Numbered from the stretch's first letter, positions 41,021-55,133 are shown. The stretch is DNA of 64,000 bases from Longimicrobiales bacterium (GCA_965219445.1 CBDCNQ010000002.1:544001-608000); one strand, 5' to 3'. Notes: a model not told the origin generated them from the letters alone. Numbers and translations are program-made.

Positions 41021-41181
41021 CGGCGTTCTCCTCTTGGATAGGTGGGTTGCTTCCTTGCGCGAACAATGATGAACGCGCACCCGCTCCCGGAGGAGAACGC
41101 CTCTTCGTCTTCGGGCTGCTTCGCTGCTGATCGGTACCGGTAGCCGTCGCCATGCCCCTATGATGCCTTTGATCCTAGCTC

Positions 41182-41240
41182 CTGATGTACGCAGGACCAT
41201 CGAGAAGGACGTAGTGAGACAGCCATGCAGGTCTCCACAT
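41182..41240 (-). pseudogene. 5' stub of a gene coupled to the ATP-grasp gene, truncated by IS256
   Basis: TAATG overlap; MWRPAWLSHYVLLDGPAYI runs into the IS256 IR. Confidence 0.45.
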
Positions 41241-42229
41241 TAGGAACCCCTACGTCGTGCCGAGCGCGTCCGTCCGAGTAGCTCGGCCAGTTCGGCAGCG
41301 ATCGGAAACTGAACTTCCTCTTGGAGCCACGCCCACTCTCCCGTCGGGTTCACCTCCAGAAAAAAGAAGCGGTCGTCCGAGAGTGCGAGGTCTATTGCCG
41401 CGAAGCTCAGTCCAAGTCGGCGGGTCAACTCGATACAACGGGCTCCGACTGCCTGGGGAAGTGTGAACTCCGAGAAGACTACACTCGATTTCTTCAGCCG
41501 CCAGTCTCCGGCGATCCCGGATCCTCTTTCGGTTGCCGAAGCACACCACCAGCGATCCTCGACCACCGTCACCCGGAGATCCAGCTTGTCCGTCAAAGCT
41601 TGCTGGGCGACGAGCGGAGCTCCGCTCAGTTCTGCCTCTTCGAGTTCTTTTCGGAGCAGGAGATTCGTGTAACCGAAACTCTCGGTTGTCTCCGTCCTGA
41701 CCAAGACCGTGTCCAGCCCCTTGATCGCGACGACGGAACCGTTGACTCGGTCATCGAGAAAGTCGTCTGAGTTCAAGCAGTATGTCGCGGGGATGTCGAA
41801 GCCCACCTCAAATGCAGCCAGAAGCTGAATCATCTTATGTTCAGCTTCATAGGTCCGGGTCGGATGGTTGACCCATCGAGCCATGTCGAAGACCATCAGG
41901 TTGCGCAGGAACGCTGCCCACTGTGCCCGAGCGAATTGCTCCTCCGGTCGGCGTCCAGCTTGCGAAGCCTCCCGAAGAAAGGTTGGCCGTCGAAAGTACA
42001 CGCCTACGAGTCGGTCCGCCTCCACCTCGACGCGAACGTCTTCCGTGTGGCAGGACAACCGCCTCCGACACGGGTCGAGGCACAGCGTGTACGTGGGGAG
42101 GTCCTCGCTGTTAAGTCGGAAGTAGGGATGTCCGGACCTCCGCAGTGCCGATACGACGTAGTCGCACGACAGGTCATACCGGCTGGCGAGAACAAGCACC
42201 TTGGGACGAACCGTCGTGGTCGGAGGCAC
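41240..42229 (-). CDS. RiPP ATP-grasp ligase (graspetide synthetase, MvdC/D/RimK-like)
   Basis: WVNHP..AEHKMIQL, DLRVTVV, DWR, FAAIDL, FLEVNPTGEWAWL. Confidence 0.88.
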   Translation of the reverse strand: MPPTTTVRPKVLVLASRYDLSCDYVVSALRRSGHPYFRLNSEDLPTYTLCLDPCRRRLSCHTEDVRVEVEADRLVGVYFRRPTFLREASQAGRRPEEQFARAQWAAFLRNLMVFDMARWVNHPTRTYEAEHKMIQLLAAFEVGFDIPATYCLNSDDFLDDRVNGSVVAIKGLDTVLVRTETTESFGYTNLLLRKELEEAELSGAPLVAQQALTDKLDLRVTVVEDRWWCASATERGSGIAGDWRLKKSSVVFSEFTLPQAVGARCIELTRRLGLSFAAIDLALSDDRFFFLEVNPTGEWAWLQEEVQFPIAAELAELLGRTRSARRRGS

Positions 42230-42247
42230 TACGGCATCCTCAGCGAC

Positions 42248-42463
42248 TCAATAGCCCTTCTGGTCCTCGCCGGTCTCGACATCAGCCTTCTTCGTACGGG
42301 GGGGGGGGTCGGGGTTAGCCGACTCGACAAACAATCCACCGGACGACCGGTCAACCCACGCACCCGCAAGGAGGTCGTAGTCGCAGCCATCAGGCCGCAA
42401 GTCGATGGGCTCACGAGCGTACGCTCGAGCATTCGCCAGTAGTACATGTTGTCGGCTCGCCAT
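42248..42463 (-). CDS. Graspetide precursor peptide (71 aa)
   Basis: RBS aggaagga; C-terminal core PRTKKADVETGEDQKGY rich in T/K donors and D/E acceptors; directly upstream of the ATP-grasp gene. Confidence 0.8.
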   Translation of the reverse strand: MASRQHVLLANARAYAREPIDLRPDGCDYDLLAGAWVDRSSGGLFVESANPDPPPRTKKADVETGEDQKGY

Positions 42464-42666
42464 GGTATGATCCTTCCTGGGTGACATGATCAGGGGCGTC
42501 GGCAGGACGGGCCGCCGCGAATCGGCGTGCGCGACGCACAGGGCACCGTCTACCTCGAAGCTGGTAGGAGAAGCGCGTTGGGGTCAAGGCTCTGGATTCG
42601 CCCGCCGGTGCCGTCCCTTTGGCCTAGTCCCAGTGGGCTAGTCCAGCTGGTCAACGGGACTTGGCG

Positions 42667-45803
<3,137 letters not shown>

Positions 45804-45804
<1 letters not shown>

Positions 45805-46781
45805 CACTTCAGGAGTCCCGCTTTCCAGGTTTCGGCAAGAGCTGTCGACAGACCACGGGCCACCTTGCCAACGAGTTGGAGAAGGTCCCGCACCTCGTCC
45901 GCTTTGATATGAATCCTCCGACCGACGACAGCCTCCCTGTCCGCCGCCTTGGCGACGTAGGCCTGGTCCACGACTCCCATTCTGTGCGCGATGAGATGGC
46001 GCCTCTGAAAAGCACGAACGAGCGATTGCCATTCACCCGCAGTCACTGCAGAAGACAGGTCTACGCCATAAGCTTCTTGGAGGTGCCTCTTCGCTCCTTC
46101 AAGATTCTGGAAGCTAATCCTGCCCACGATGGCGCGGTTGGTCGCGTTCCTCGCGTAGACTCGGCACAGTTCGCGCCCGAACCCGTCGAAGACCGACACG
46201 CAATCCTCCAACCCGTTCTCGATGAGCCTCCTAGAAACGTCTCTCTCCGTGCTCTCTGCCAAGTCCATCATCTTTGCGACAACTTCGATGTTCTTCTCGA
46301 AGATCTGGAGCGAATTGTGTTGGCCGCAGTCGGGACAAAATGCAAAAACACCGTAGACGGAGTAGCGGAGCGTACAATTGGTACAGACCACCTGGGTTTC
46401 GAGCTGCTTCTCCCTGTAGTGGCGGATCGGCAACAGACTATCGGGCTTGAACGTCAATGAGAACCCGATTCCGAATGGCCCTTTCGGCTCCAGGTTGAAC
46501 TCCATCTTCTTGAGATCCCTGTGGATTGCGTCTGTGACTTCCCGCGTGGCAACCGACTCGATATACTTGACCTGCTCTTTGGTCCAGAAGTAGTCGTGTG
46601 CCGCAGTATGGCCGCAGTACGGGCAGTGGCACGGAAGGTCTTTTCCCTCAAGCCCAGTGCCGAACTCGACCTTGAAGTATCCCTCGCAGTCCGACTGGGG
46701 ACACTCACGGCCCGTGAAGCCGTCTTCATCGGGCTTGATGGGGATCGAAATGCGATTGCCAAGTCTGCGGAGGTGATTCAT
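45804..46781 (-). CDS. Zn-ribbon + HEPN-like protein (325 aa) inside the hsd operon
   Basis: CPQSDC, CPYC, CTNC, CPDC; RHLIAH (Rx4H) near the C-terminus; TGATG overlaps on both sides. Confidence 0.72.
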
Positions 46782-48409
46782 CAGGCCGTCATCCCAATGA
46801 TCCGTGCTGTCTTGCCCAATCGTATCTCGCCCGAAATGAGCTTGGGGAGGAGGGCGTCGCGGAGTGCGGTGAGCGTCCGGGATTCGTGGATGTTGCTGAC
46901 GATCCGCCGCAACATCGGCGAAACGGTCCGCTGGAACTCTGAAGCCATGGTATCGGTGGGCCGGCCCAGCTCGTACCTGCGCATGGCCTGCCAACTCGTT
47001 CGAGGCATCTTCGTTCCCGTCGCAGTCTGGCTGGTGTGGGCCACGAACGCTGACGACGAGACGCAGGCCAGGACGAAGGCGGACCACTTCGGCTTCCGTG
47101 CACCCAGCACAACGATATCCGTGGAGCAGAGGCCATCAACCGGAGCGATGCCCACCTTGTGGAAGTAGGGCCTGAGCTTCCCGAACAGAATATCCCCGGC
47201 CTTGAAGGCAGACTTCCTGCTGGAGACGCTCCCAGTCTCGCCCCAGTCGGTCAGAGCGATCGATCCACGGGGCATGTCCGCCAACCCGATGTAGGGCGTA
47301 TCGCTGGCCTCGCTCGCCGGATCAATTCCCTTCCGTCGCAAGGCCGCCACGTCCCCGAGACTCGCAACCTCCCATCCCTCCGGAATCTCGCCCAGTTCGG
47401 AATCCACCAGCCGGTCGGGGAACAGGTCGGCGAGATGGCGCGGTAAGCCCGTGTCGTGGCCTTCCATCTTCGCACGTACCGGATCGAAATCGACGAACCA
47501 CGACTTGAACAGCGCCCGTGCCATCGCCTCCAGCGTCTCATTCATCCGACGGTTCAGCTCTATCTTGTCGTCTAAGGTGCCAAGGATGTGCGCGATTGCA
47601 CGTTGTTCGGAGAGCTTGAGGGGTGGCCACCAGATCGTAGCGAGCTGGCGGGCAGAAACGTTGGGGAATGTGGATCCGGTGGCTTGATTCAAGAGATCGG
47701 GTAAGCTGAACTCGACCACCGCTTGAACGAATGGTTGGAATTGCTGACCTCGCTTATGGCGAAGAGAAGCAATGCCTCTGCCAATCGCGTATTCCTGATC
47801 GGCCCAGTTCATTCGTCCAGTGGTCGATCCTCGAACACAGAAGAGGAGATCGCCGGGATACGCCATCTTCCGGGCATCGGTAGTGAACTGAGCAGGTTCG
47901 GGATGATGCGAGCCAAATTCAGTCGGTCCATTCAGTAACGGTACACCGTCGCCGGATGTGTTGGTGGTATTTCCGGGAGGTGACTGCCCCATCACGATTT
48001 CAGCGCAGATACCAAGCTGGCTAGCTTCTTCAATCGACTCCCCGCTGGTTGATAACGATCGGCACGCTGGACCGGTCGCCTTGGACGTTTCCCTGGGAAC
48101 CTGCACCGCCACGCCATCGCGGCGGACAATGTTGCGGAAGATGTTGTCGATCTTTGCCCAATCGACGACATCAACCTTGAATGGTAGATCGGACTCTCCA
48201 AAGCCTTCGGCCAGAGCCGAGGTTGCGTCTAGTGTCAGTGGCTCATCGCCCATGATCGCAAGATCGAGATCGGAATAGTCCTTCGCCGTCCAGGTCGCGC
48301 GTGATCCGAAGGCAAGCACCTCTCGATCCGGCACGTGCTGGCGGAGAATGCTGCACACGATGGCCCAATGATCGGGCCGGAGGTCAACGCCTGGAGCCGT
48401 CCTACTCAT
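46781..48409 (-). CDS. hsdS: MNT nucleotidyltransferase fused to type I specificity subunit S
   Basis: N-terminal FGSRATWTAKDYSDLD (GSx10DxD), then TRDs and HsdS conserved regions (EQRAIAHILGTLDDKIELN, LRDALLPKLISGE). Confidence 0.9.
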   Translation of the reverse strand: MSRTAPGVDLRPDHWAIVCSILRQHVPDREVLAFGSRATWTAKDYSDLDLAIMGDEPLTLDATSALAEGFGESDLPFKVDVVDWAKIDNIFRNIVRRDGVAVQVPRETSKATGPACRSLSTSGESIEEASQLGICAEIVMGQSPPGNTTNTSGDGVPLLNGPTEFGSHHPEPAQFTTDARKMAYPGDLLFCVRGSTTGRMNWADQEYAIGRGIASLRHKRGQQFQPFVQAVVEFSLPDLLNQATGSTFPNVSARQLATIWWPPLKLSEQRAIAHILGTLDDKIELNRRMNETLEAMARALFKSWFVDFDPVRAKMEGHDTGLPRHLADLFPDRLVDSELGEIPEGWEVASLGDVAALRRKGIDPASEASDTPYIGLADMPRGSIALTDWGETGSVSSRKSAFKAGDILFGKLRPYFHKVGIAPVDGLCSTDIVVLGARKPKWSAFVLACVSSSAFVAHTSQTATGTKMPRTSWQAMRRYELGRPTDTMASEFQRTVSPMLRRIVSNIHESRTLTALRDALLPKLISGEIRLGKTARIIGMTA

Positions 48410-48819
48410 GCTAGACGTTCCCTCAATCTGTCGCGCAGGTAGGTTACCTCTTCGATGAAGCGCGGAATGCCCTCGACCACTTCCTGCGCCACATCCTCGT
48501 TGTAGGTGTGACTGGTCGCTCCACGCAAGTCACGGTAGCCGCGCCAATCCGGCCACTCCCCCAGCAGCAGGCCCTGTTCGTTTCCCGCGCGGATCAGGTC
48601 TTGAAACGTCATCTCATCGAACTGCTCCGGGTTGGCCGCAGTATATTCGAGATAGCGTTTCAGAACCTTATGTCCGAGCTCGTAAGTGAACTCGAATCTC
48701 TGAACCAGACCGTCACGAATCTGGATATCCCTCGTGTCAGCCTCATACCGCGACAGTCCTTCTTCGAGGCGTTGGATCGCTCGTTCGAGGGGTGCAATCT
48801 CGGGCTTACCGTTGGACAT
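48406..48819 (-). CDS. HEPN toxin (HI0074-like nucleotidyltransferase substrate-binding family)
   Basis: [22 protein letters not shown] (Rx4HxY); RBS ggag before ATG 48819. Confidence 0.88.
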   Translation of the reverse strand: MSNGKPEIAPLERAIQRLEEGLSRYEADTRDIQIRDGLVQRFEFTYELGHKVLKRYLEYTAANPEQFDEMTFQDLIRAGNEQGLLLGEWPDWRGYRDLRGATSHTYNEDVAQEVVEGIPRFIEEVTYLRDRLRERLA

Positions 48820-50371
48820 GGTGATCTCCACCCCAGAGTCCCAATGCCTCTAGGTTCTCGGCGATTGCAGCATCGAGCCGAGCGCATTCGGCCTGCTGTT
48901 CGCGAAGCTCGGCGACCATCCGCTTCATCTTGTCGCCGAACGGCTCACCGTCATCTTCCTGCGGCTCCACACCGACATAGCGGCCCGGCGTCAGCACCTG
49001 CCCATGCTTACGCACCTCTTCCAGTGCCGCACTCTTGCAGAAGCCGGCGACATCGGCATAGCCGTCGTCAATCTCGCCGGTGCGCCAAGCATGGTAGGTG
49101 TCGGCGATGCGGGTAATGTCTTTGTCAGTAAGCTCGCGGTGCGTCCGGTCCACCATCCGGCCGAGCTTCCTCGCGTCGATGAACAGGATCTCGCCCTGGC
49201 GCTTGCGTCGGCGCGCCAGGAACCACAGACAGGCGGGAATCTGGGTGGAGTAAAAGAGCTGACCCGGCAGTGCAATCATACAGTCCACTAGCTCCGCCTC
49301 GATCAGGTTCTTCCGAATCTCTCCCTCGCCCGATTGGTTTGAGGACATCGACCCGTTGGCGAGCACGAACCCCGCGACGCCCTTCGGCGCCAAGTGGTGG
49401 ACCATGTGCTGGACCCAGGCGAAGTTGGCGTTGCCCTTCGGCGGGATGCCGTAGCGCCAGCGCTTGTCCTCGACCAGTCGCTCGCCGCCCCAGTCCGAGA
49501 CGTTAAACGGGGGATTGGCGAGGATGAAGTCGGCCTTCAGGTCTGGATGGCGGTCGTTATAGAAGCTGTCGCCGTGGGCGATCTGCCCCCCAATGCCTCG
49601 TATGGCCAAGTTCATCTTCGCGAGCCGCCACGTCGTGTAGTTCGACTCCTGCCCGTAGATCGAGATGTCGCCGCGCGCCTTGCCGCCGTTGCCGTTTCCG
49701 CTGGAGTGGGCGCGAATGAACTCGATCGACTGCACGAACATGCCCGAGGACCCGCAGCAGGGATCGTAGACCCGCCCCCGGTAGGGCTCCAGCATCTCGA
49801 CGAGCAGCTTGACGACGCAACGCGGGGTATAGAACTCGCCGCCCCTCTTGCCCTCGGCACTCGCGAACTGTGAGAGGAAGTACTCGTAGACGCGGCCGAG
49901 CACGTCTCGGGAGCGGGCTTCGGCGTCCCCGACCAGGATGTTGCCGATCATGTCGATCAACTGGCCGAGCCGCTGCTTGTCCAGGGCGGGCCGCGCGTAG
50001 TCCTTGGGCAGCACCTCCTTCAGCCCCGGGTTGTCGCGCTCGATCGCGGCCATGGCGCGATCGACGGTCTGTCCAATGGTCGACTGCCTCGCCTGGGCCT
50101 TCAGGTGTGGCCAGCGGGCTTCCCGCGGCACCCAGAAGATGTTTTCGGCGATGTACTCGTCGCGGTCCTCTGCGGCCTCGTCCCCCCACTTTGCCAACAC
50201 CGCCTCGTGGCGCTCCTCGAAGGCGTCCGAGATGTACTTCAGGAAGACGAGACCGAGCACGACGTGCTTGTACTCGGCCGCATCCATGGAGCCGCGTAGC
50301 GCATCGGCCATCGCCCACAGCTCGGCCTCGTAGCCGGTCGTGGCTCCGCTGTCGTTTTGCGTGCCTGCCAT
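48806..50371 (-). CDS. hsdM: Type I R-M N6-adenine methyltransferase subunit M
   Basis: [32 protein letters not shown]. Confidence 0.96.
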   Translation of the reverse strand: MAGTQNDSGATTGYEAELWAMADALRGSMDAAEYKHVVLGLVFLKYISDAFEERHEAVLAKWGDEAAEDRDEYIAENIFWVPREARWPHLKAQARQSTIGQTVDRAMAAIERDNPGLKEVLPKDYARPALDKQRLGQLIDMIGNILVGDAEARSRDVLGRVYEYFLSQFASAEGKRGGEFYTPRCVVKLLVEMLEPYRGRVYDPCCGSSGMFVQSIEFIRAHSSGNGNGGKARGDISIYGQESNYTTWRLAKMNLAIRGIGGQIAHGDSFYNDRHPDLKADFILANPPFNVSDWGGERLVEDKRWRYGIPPKGNANFAWVQHMVHHLAPKGVAGFVLANGSMSSNQSGEGEIRKNLIEAELVDCMIALPGQLFYSTQIPACLWFLARRRKRQGEILFIDARKLGRMVDRTHRELTDKDITRIADTYHAWRTGEIDDGYADVAGFCKSAALEEVRKHGQVLTPGRYVGVEPQEDDGEPFGDKMKRMVAELREQQAECARLDAAIAENLEALGLWGGDHHVQR

Positions 50372-51053
50372 TGCTGTCGCGGTCCTCATTCTTCGTCGCT
50401 GTGGAGGAACTTGGGGAGCTGGGTCGTAAGCAAAGATACGACATGGCATCTGTCCTGCCATCGCAGGGATCGCCGACGCAGGGTGTCCCATGCCCGGCGG
50501 ACCTGCGCTGCGCAGGGATCGACTAGTCCGGAAACCGGCGGAGAACACCGTTGAATGATAGGAGATTGGGTGCCGGGCACGATCTCGGCCGATCCCGGGA
50601 ACCATCAGGGGGACGGGCGCCCGTCGTCCCCCGGGTCCGCCTGGGACTGGATGGCTTCCTGGGACCTCCACGACATCTTCAGCCGCTTTCCCGACGACTA
50701 CCAGCTGCAGCCGCGAAACTCATCGTCCCAAAGCCTGCGGGAAGACGCCAACATCCGTGGCGGATCCAGCCTCTACGTGCACTGGTCCCCGAGTGGGAGT
50801 CTGGCGCCAACCAGCATCAGGGTGACCGCTCCATCCGGTGCCTCGGTGCCCGGACACGTCTCGGTCTGGGCATGGAGGATCCGATGAGAGCCCAGATCGC
50901 GAACCTCATCGTCCCCGGATGCACGCTCCTGCATCAGCTGTCGCCCAAGAAGTCGGCCTCCCCTCCCAATAGGTTTTTGTATGTCGTTGCGCGACAGGAT
51001 ACAATAGTCGGCCTAAGGTCGTTGGAACGTTCAAGCCATTGGGAGTTCGACTG

Positions 51054-54000
51054 ATGCCACAAGATCCAGAGAAGCCGATACATCCTGGGAGTTTCGTAAG
51101 GGAACACGTGATTCCGACGGGGATGTCGGTGACGGAGGCCGCCAAACGATTGGGGGTGGGAAGGCCAGCCCTGTCGAAACTGCTGAATGCGCGTTCGTCG
51201 TTGTCTCAGGACATGGCGGTCAAATTGAGGAAGACGTTCGGCGCTGACCCAGAGAAATTGCTCGCTCTGCAAGCAGCATCTGATCGCGGTGTCGGTCGCT
51301 CGAAAGAAATGTCAACACCAGCACACGTCTATGTCCCGCCGTCTATGTCCCGCCGTTTTTGACCATCAAAGCTGACCAGATCGACGGTTGGGCAAAGGGC
51401 AATATTGCTGCTCGCCAATTGCTGCCAGTACTACTGAGGCGGTTGATTCGTTCGACCGGAGAGGCTCTCCGTCAGGTAGACTTCCCAGGTTATGACAATG
51501 CGGAGCGCAAGGGCTGGGATGGCTTGGTCGATGCTGGGGCGGCTACACCGTGGATTTCAGAAGGGAAGTCCGGCTGGGAGCTTGGTACTGGCGCAAATCC
51601 GGGCGACAAAGCCAATAGCGATTATCGTAGCCGCACCGGTTCCGTCTCGTCGGACGAGAGGCGTGAGCACACCTTTATCTTCGTTACAACGCGCAATTGG
51701 CCGGGCAAGAAGGCATGGGAGGAAGCCAAGGATGCGTCGGGCAAATGGAGGGCTGTCCGGGCATTCGACGCGAGCGATCTGGAGCAGTGGTTGGAAGAGT
51801 CGATCCCCGCACAGATATGGCTTGCCGAACAGCTAGGTATTCCAGTCAGAGGATTCGAGACACTCGATCGGTTCTGGCAACGTTGGGCGGACGCAAGCGA
51901 TCCGAGCATCGTACCTGCGATGTTCGAGCCCTCAGTCCAGTCATACTGTGAGACCTTCAAGGAGTGGCTCGAGACAGAGAGGGAACGTCCGTTCGTGGTC
52001 ACGGCCGAATCCAAAGAAGAGGCGATCGCGTTCTTGGCCTGCATGTTTCAAGATAGCGCTATCGCACCGCAGTGGCGTGACCTTCCGGTAGTGTTCGAGT
52101 CGGATGACGAGCTACGGAAGCTGGCTAGCTGCTCGGCTCCCTTCGTTCCGATCGCTAGCACGGACAAGGCTGCCCACGCGTTGGCCGACGTCCACCGTCG
52201 GCTTCACTGTATTGTCGTCTCTCCCCATAACGTCGTCGATTCAACACCCGATATCAGGGTGGACCTATTGCGTCCTCATGCCTTCGTGCAAGCTCTCAAA
52301 TTGATGGGTGTCCCACAGGATGAATCCGAACGACTCGCCCGGGAGTCAGGCTGTTCGCCGACAATCCTCCGGAGGCGCCTCTCGAAGATCGACGCAATCA
52401 GATCACCCGAATGGGCCAAGGACTCACGGACCGCGAGAGATCTGATCCCGATGGCTTTGATCGGAACATGGCACGCAGAGTCAGAGGCCGACTGCGAGGT
52501 TGTCCGAGTCCTCGCGGCCAGGCCATATCGGGAGGTCGAAGAAAGCGTCGCGCGCATGCGGCAGGATAATGACAGTCCTGTGTGGTCCGTTGGGGAGCAT
52601 CGCGGAGTCGTATCAAGAGTTGATGCCCTCTTTGCAATCAACAGACATGTGACTCCAAACGACTTGACTGAGTTTCTATGGCTTGCCGAGTACGTACTCT
52701 CCGAGATCGATCCGGCACTTGACTTACCGGAGGAAAGCAGGTGGGCCGCTGGGCTGTACGGCAAGGTGCGGAATCACTCGTCTGCACTACGTGACGGTCT
52801 CCTTGAGAGCCTTGTCATCCTCTCTATCCACGGGAATGACTTGTTTAGGGATCGGATTGGCACTGTTGTCGACGTTATGGTCGGCCAGTGCATCGAGAAG
52901 TTGCTGACACCTCTGACACTCGAGAAACTCCTATCGCATTGTGATGACCTCCCACGCTATGCCGAGGCCGCACCGGAGGTATTCTTGAAGCTAATCGAAG
53001 AAGACTTGCAACAATCTGACCCGGTCACACTTCGCCTCTTAGAGCCGGTTGACAACAGCAATTTCTTTAGCCGGCTCCCGCGTTCGGGTCTCTTATGGTC
53101 CATGGAATGTCTCGCATGGAAGTACGTTGCACGTGTGAGTGCCATTCTCGCTCGGTTGTCGAGAACCGTCATTGACGACAAGTGGGAAAACAAACCGATT
53201 GCTAGCCTGAAATCGATCTACCGGTCCTGGGTGCCGCAGACAGCGGCCTCCCTGAAGGATAGAATGAAGGCGCTTGAGATGCTGACAAGACGCTTTCCGG
53301 ACATCGGTTGGCAGATCTGCGTTGAACAACTCGAGCGGGCTCCCCGAAGTGGGGACTACAGCTACCGACCGCGCTGGCGGAGTGACGCTTCAGGGGTGGG
53401 TCGACCAGTGCCTAGACCGGAGGCTCGTGAGTTCGAACGTCAGGCCTTCAAGTTAGCGCTCCTGTGGTCGGAACACGATCAGCGGACGCTTGGCGACCTT
53501 GTGACACGGATACAGGTAATGTCCGAAGAAGAACAGCTAGCCCTTTGGGACCGAATCGATGCGTGGCTGGCTTCAAAGCCCAGTGATACTGCCAAAGCAG
53601 ATCTTCGCGAGCGGATTCGTCAGGTCGCGTTCACGAGACTCGGTCAGGGACGCGGCTTCCACACTGCGACCAAGGATCGTGCTCGTCGTGCATACACGAA
53701 TCTACAACCTAAAGATACGGTCATCCGTCACGCTTGGCTATTTGCCGACTCTTGGGTCGAATTCACCGACGATATCGAGGATGAAGATGCTAGCTATTTG
53801 ACGCGCGTGGAGAAATCCCGCCTCCTTCGCACGGCAGCGATCGAAGAAATATGGATGGATCGTGGTTTCGAGGGAGTGAGAACACTTCTATCTCACGGCA
53901 GCACAGCAGAGATCGTCGGAGATTCCCTTAGACTAATCATCTGTCTCAGCGAACAAGCCGATTTCCTACGGAGATGCCTGTCCGTCACGGGTGACTTCGA

Positions 54001-55132
54001 GGCGCAGTTTGACCGCTGCATTGGGGGATTACTTAGATCCATCAGCGCCGACGATCGTCACGCGTTACTATTGGCAGCGGCCGATGATGCCAATGTAGAA
54101 CGCACCGCCCGATTGTTTCGGTGCGCTCCATTTGGACAGAAGATATGGCGTCTCATGGACCGATACGGAGAGAAAGTCAGAGCACGGTATTGGGATACAG
54201 TCTTCCCAGAAGTTGGTCGATACAGTGAGGCTGAATCGACTGAGTTGATCGATCGGCTTCTTGAAGCCAGGCGGCCTCGGGCTGTCTTCCATGCCGTGTG
54301 GTTTGACTGGTCGAGTATTGAAACATCCCGGCTTAAGCGTCTTCTGCTATCCCTAACGTCGGTGGGTGCTATCTCCGAGGAAGGTTATAGACTCGATCCC
54401 CATGATGTCTCCGAGGCCCTTGACTCACTGGACGGTCGACCGGGAGTCAGCCGAGACGACATGGCACAGCTTGAATTCCTGTTCATTACAGCACTTGGCT
54501 ACGCCAATCGTGGCATTCCCAACTTGGAGCGGAAGGTCGCAGAGTCCCCTGCCGAGTTTTTTCGAGCTCTAGCTTTTGCGTGCGACCGCCGGCACCGTGG
54601 AGAAGATCCTCGGGAATTACGAATCGACAACCCTGAGCAGCGAGAAGCGATGGCTCTATCCTGCCTAGATCTCCTTGATCGAGTCAGCATAATCCCGGGT
54701 ACGTCACAGGACGGCGGAATCGATGTCGAGGTGTTATCTACTTGGGTGATGGAAGTCCGTCGCCTCTGTGCAGAACACGACCGCACGGAACTCGGTGACC
54801 AGTATATCGGACAGCTCTTGTCCAAAGCTCCTCCAGATGACGACGGAATGTGGCCATGCCGCGCAATTTGCGAAGTCATGGAGGCAGTTGCATCTGAGCA
54901 TATCGGCAAAGGATTCTGGATGGGAGTCTACAATTCTCGCGGTGTATATTGGGGCAGGCGGGAGGCAGAACAGGAACGGGTGTCCGCTCAGAGGTATCGG
55001 GACTTGGCCGAACAACGTAACGCAGACTATCCTTACGTTTCCAGCGTCCTAAATAGCATCGGTGACACCTACGACCGGGAGGCGAAACAGCTGCAGATAG
55101 AAGCAGAAATCGAGAAACGGCGGAGTGTCTGA
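51054..55132 (+). pseudogene. HigA-like HTH fused to a large putative nuclease/NTPase-like helical protein, frameshifted by a 14-bp duplication (ORFs 51054-51362 and 51359-55132)
   Basis: IHPG..EAAKRLGVGRPALSKLLN HTH; removing one gtctatgtcccgcc copy joins both ORFs in frame (VYVPPFLTIKADQI; 1354 aa). Confidence 0.75.
51327..51354 (+). repeat. Perfect 14-bp tandem duplication
   Basis: gtctatgtcccgcc x2. Confidence 0.95.
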
Positions 55133-55133
55133 G

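Larger units (their letters stand above)
39579..41165 (-). mobile_element. IS110/IS1111-type element copy 1 (intact)
   Basis: Flanked by CCTT at 39575-39578 and 41166-41169; imperfect subterminal IRs; about 385-bp 3' non-coding region; ends confirmed by the second copy. Confidence 0.92.
38205..41181 (-). mobile_element. IS256-family element copy A, upstream IR interrupted by IS110
   Basis: IR GAGGTTGGGTCAATAGGTGTGTAAA at 38205; opposite IR split as tttacacac-CCTT (to 39578) and tgatcctagctc (41170-41181). Confidence 0.9.

Noticed and set aside
39965..41200. Extended 411-aa IS110 ORF start
   Set aside because: It begins outside the element boundary; ATG 41020 has an RBS and directly precedes the catalytic YIGLD motif
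50555..50887. 110-aa ORF between hsdM and the HTH gene as a possible HigB toxin
   Set aside because: No RelE/HigB-like features; cannot tell whether it is coding
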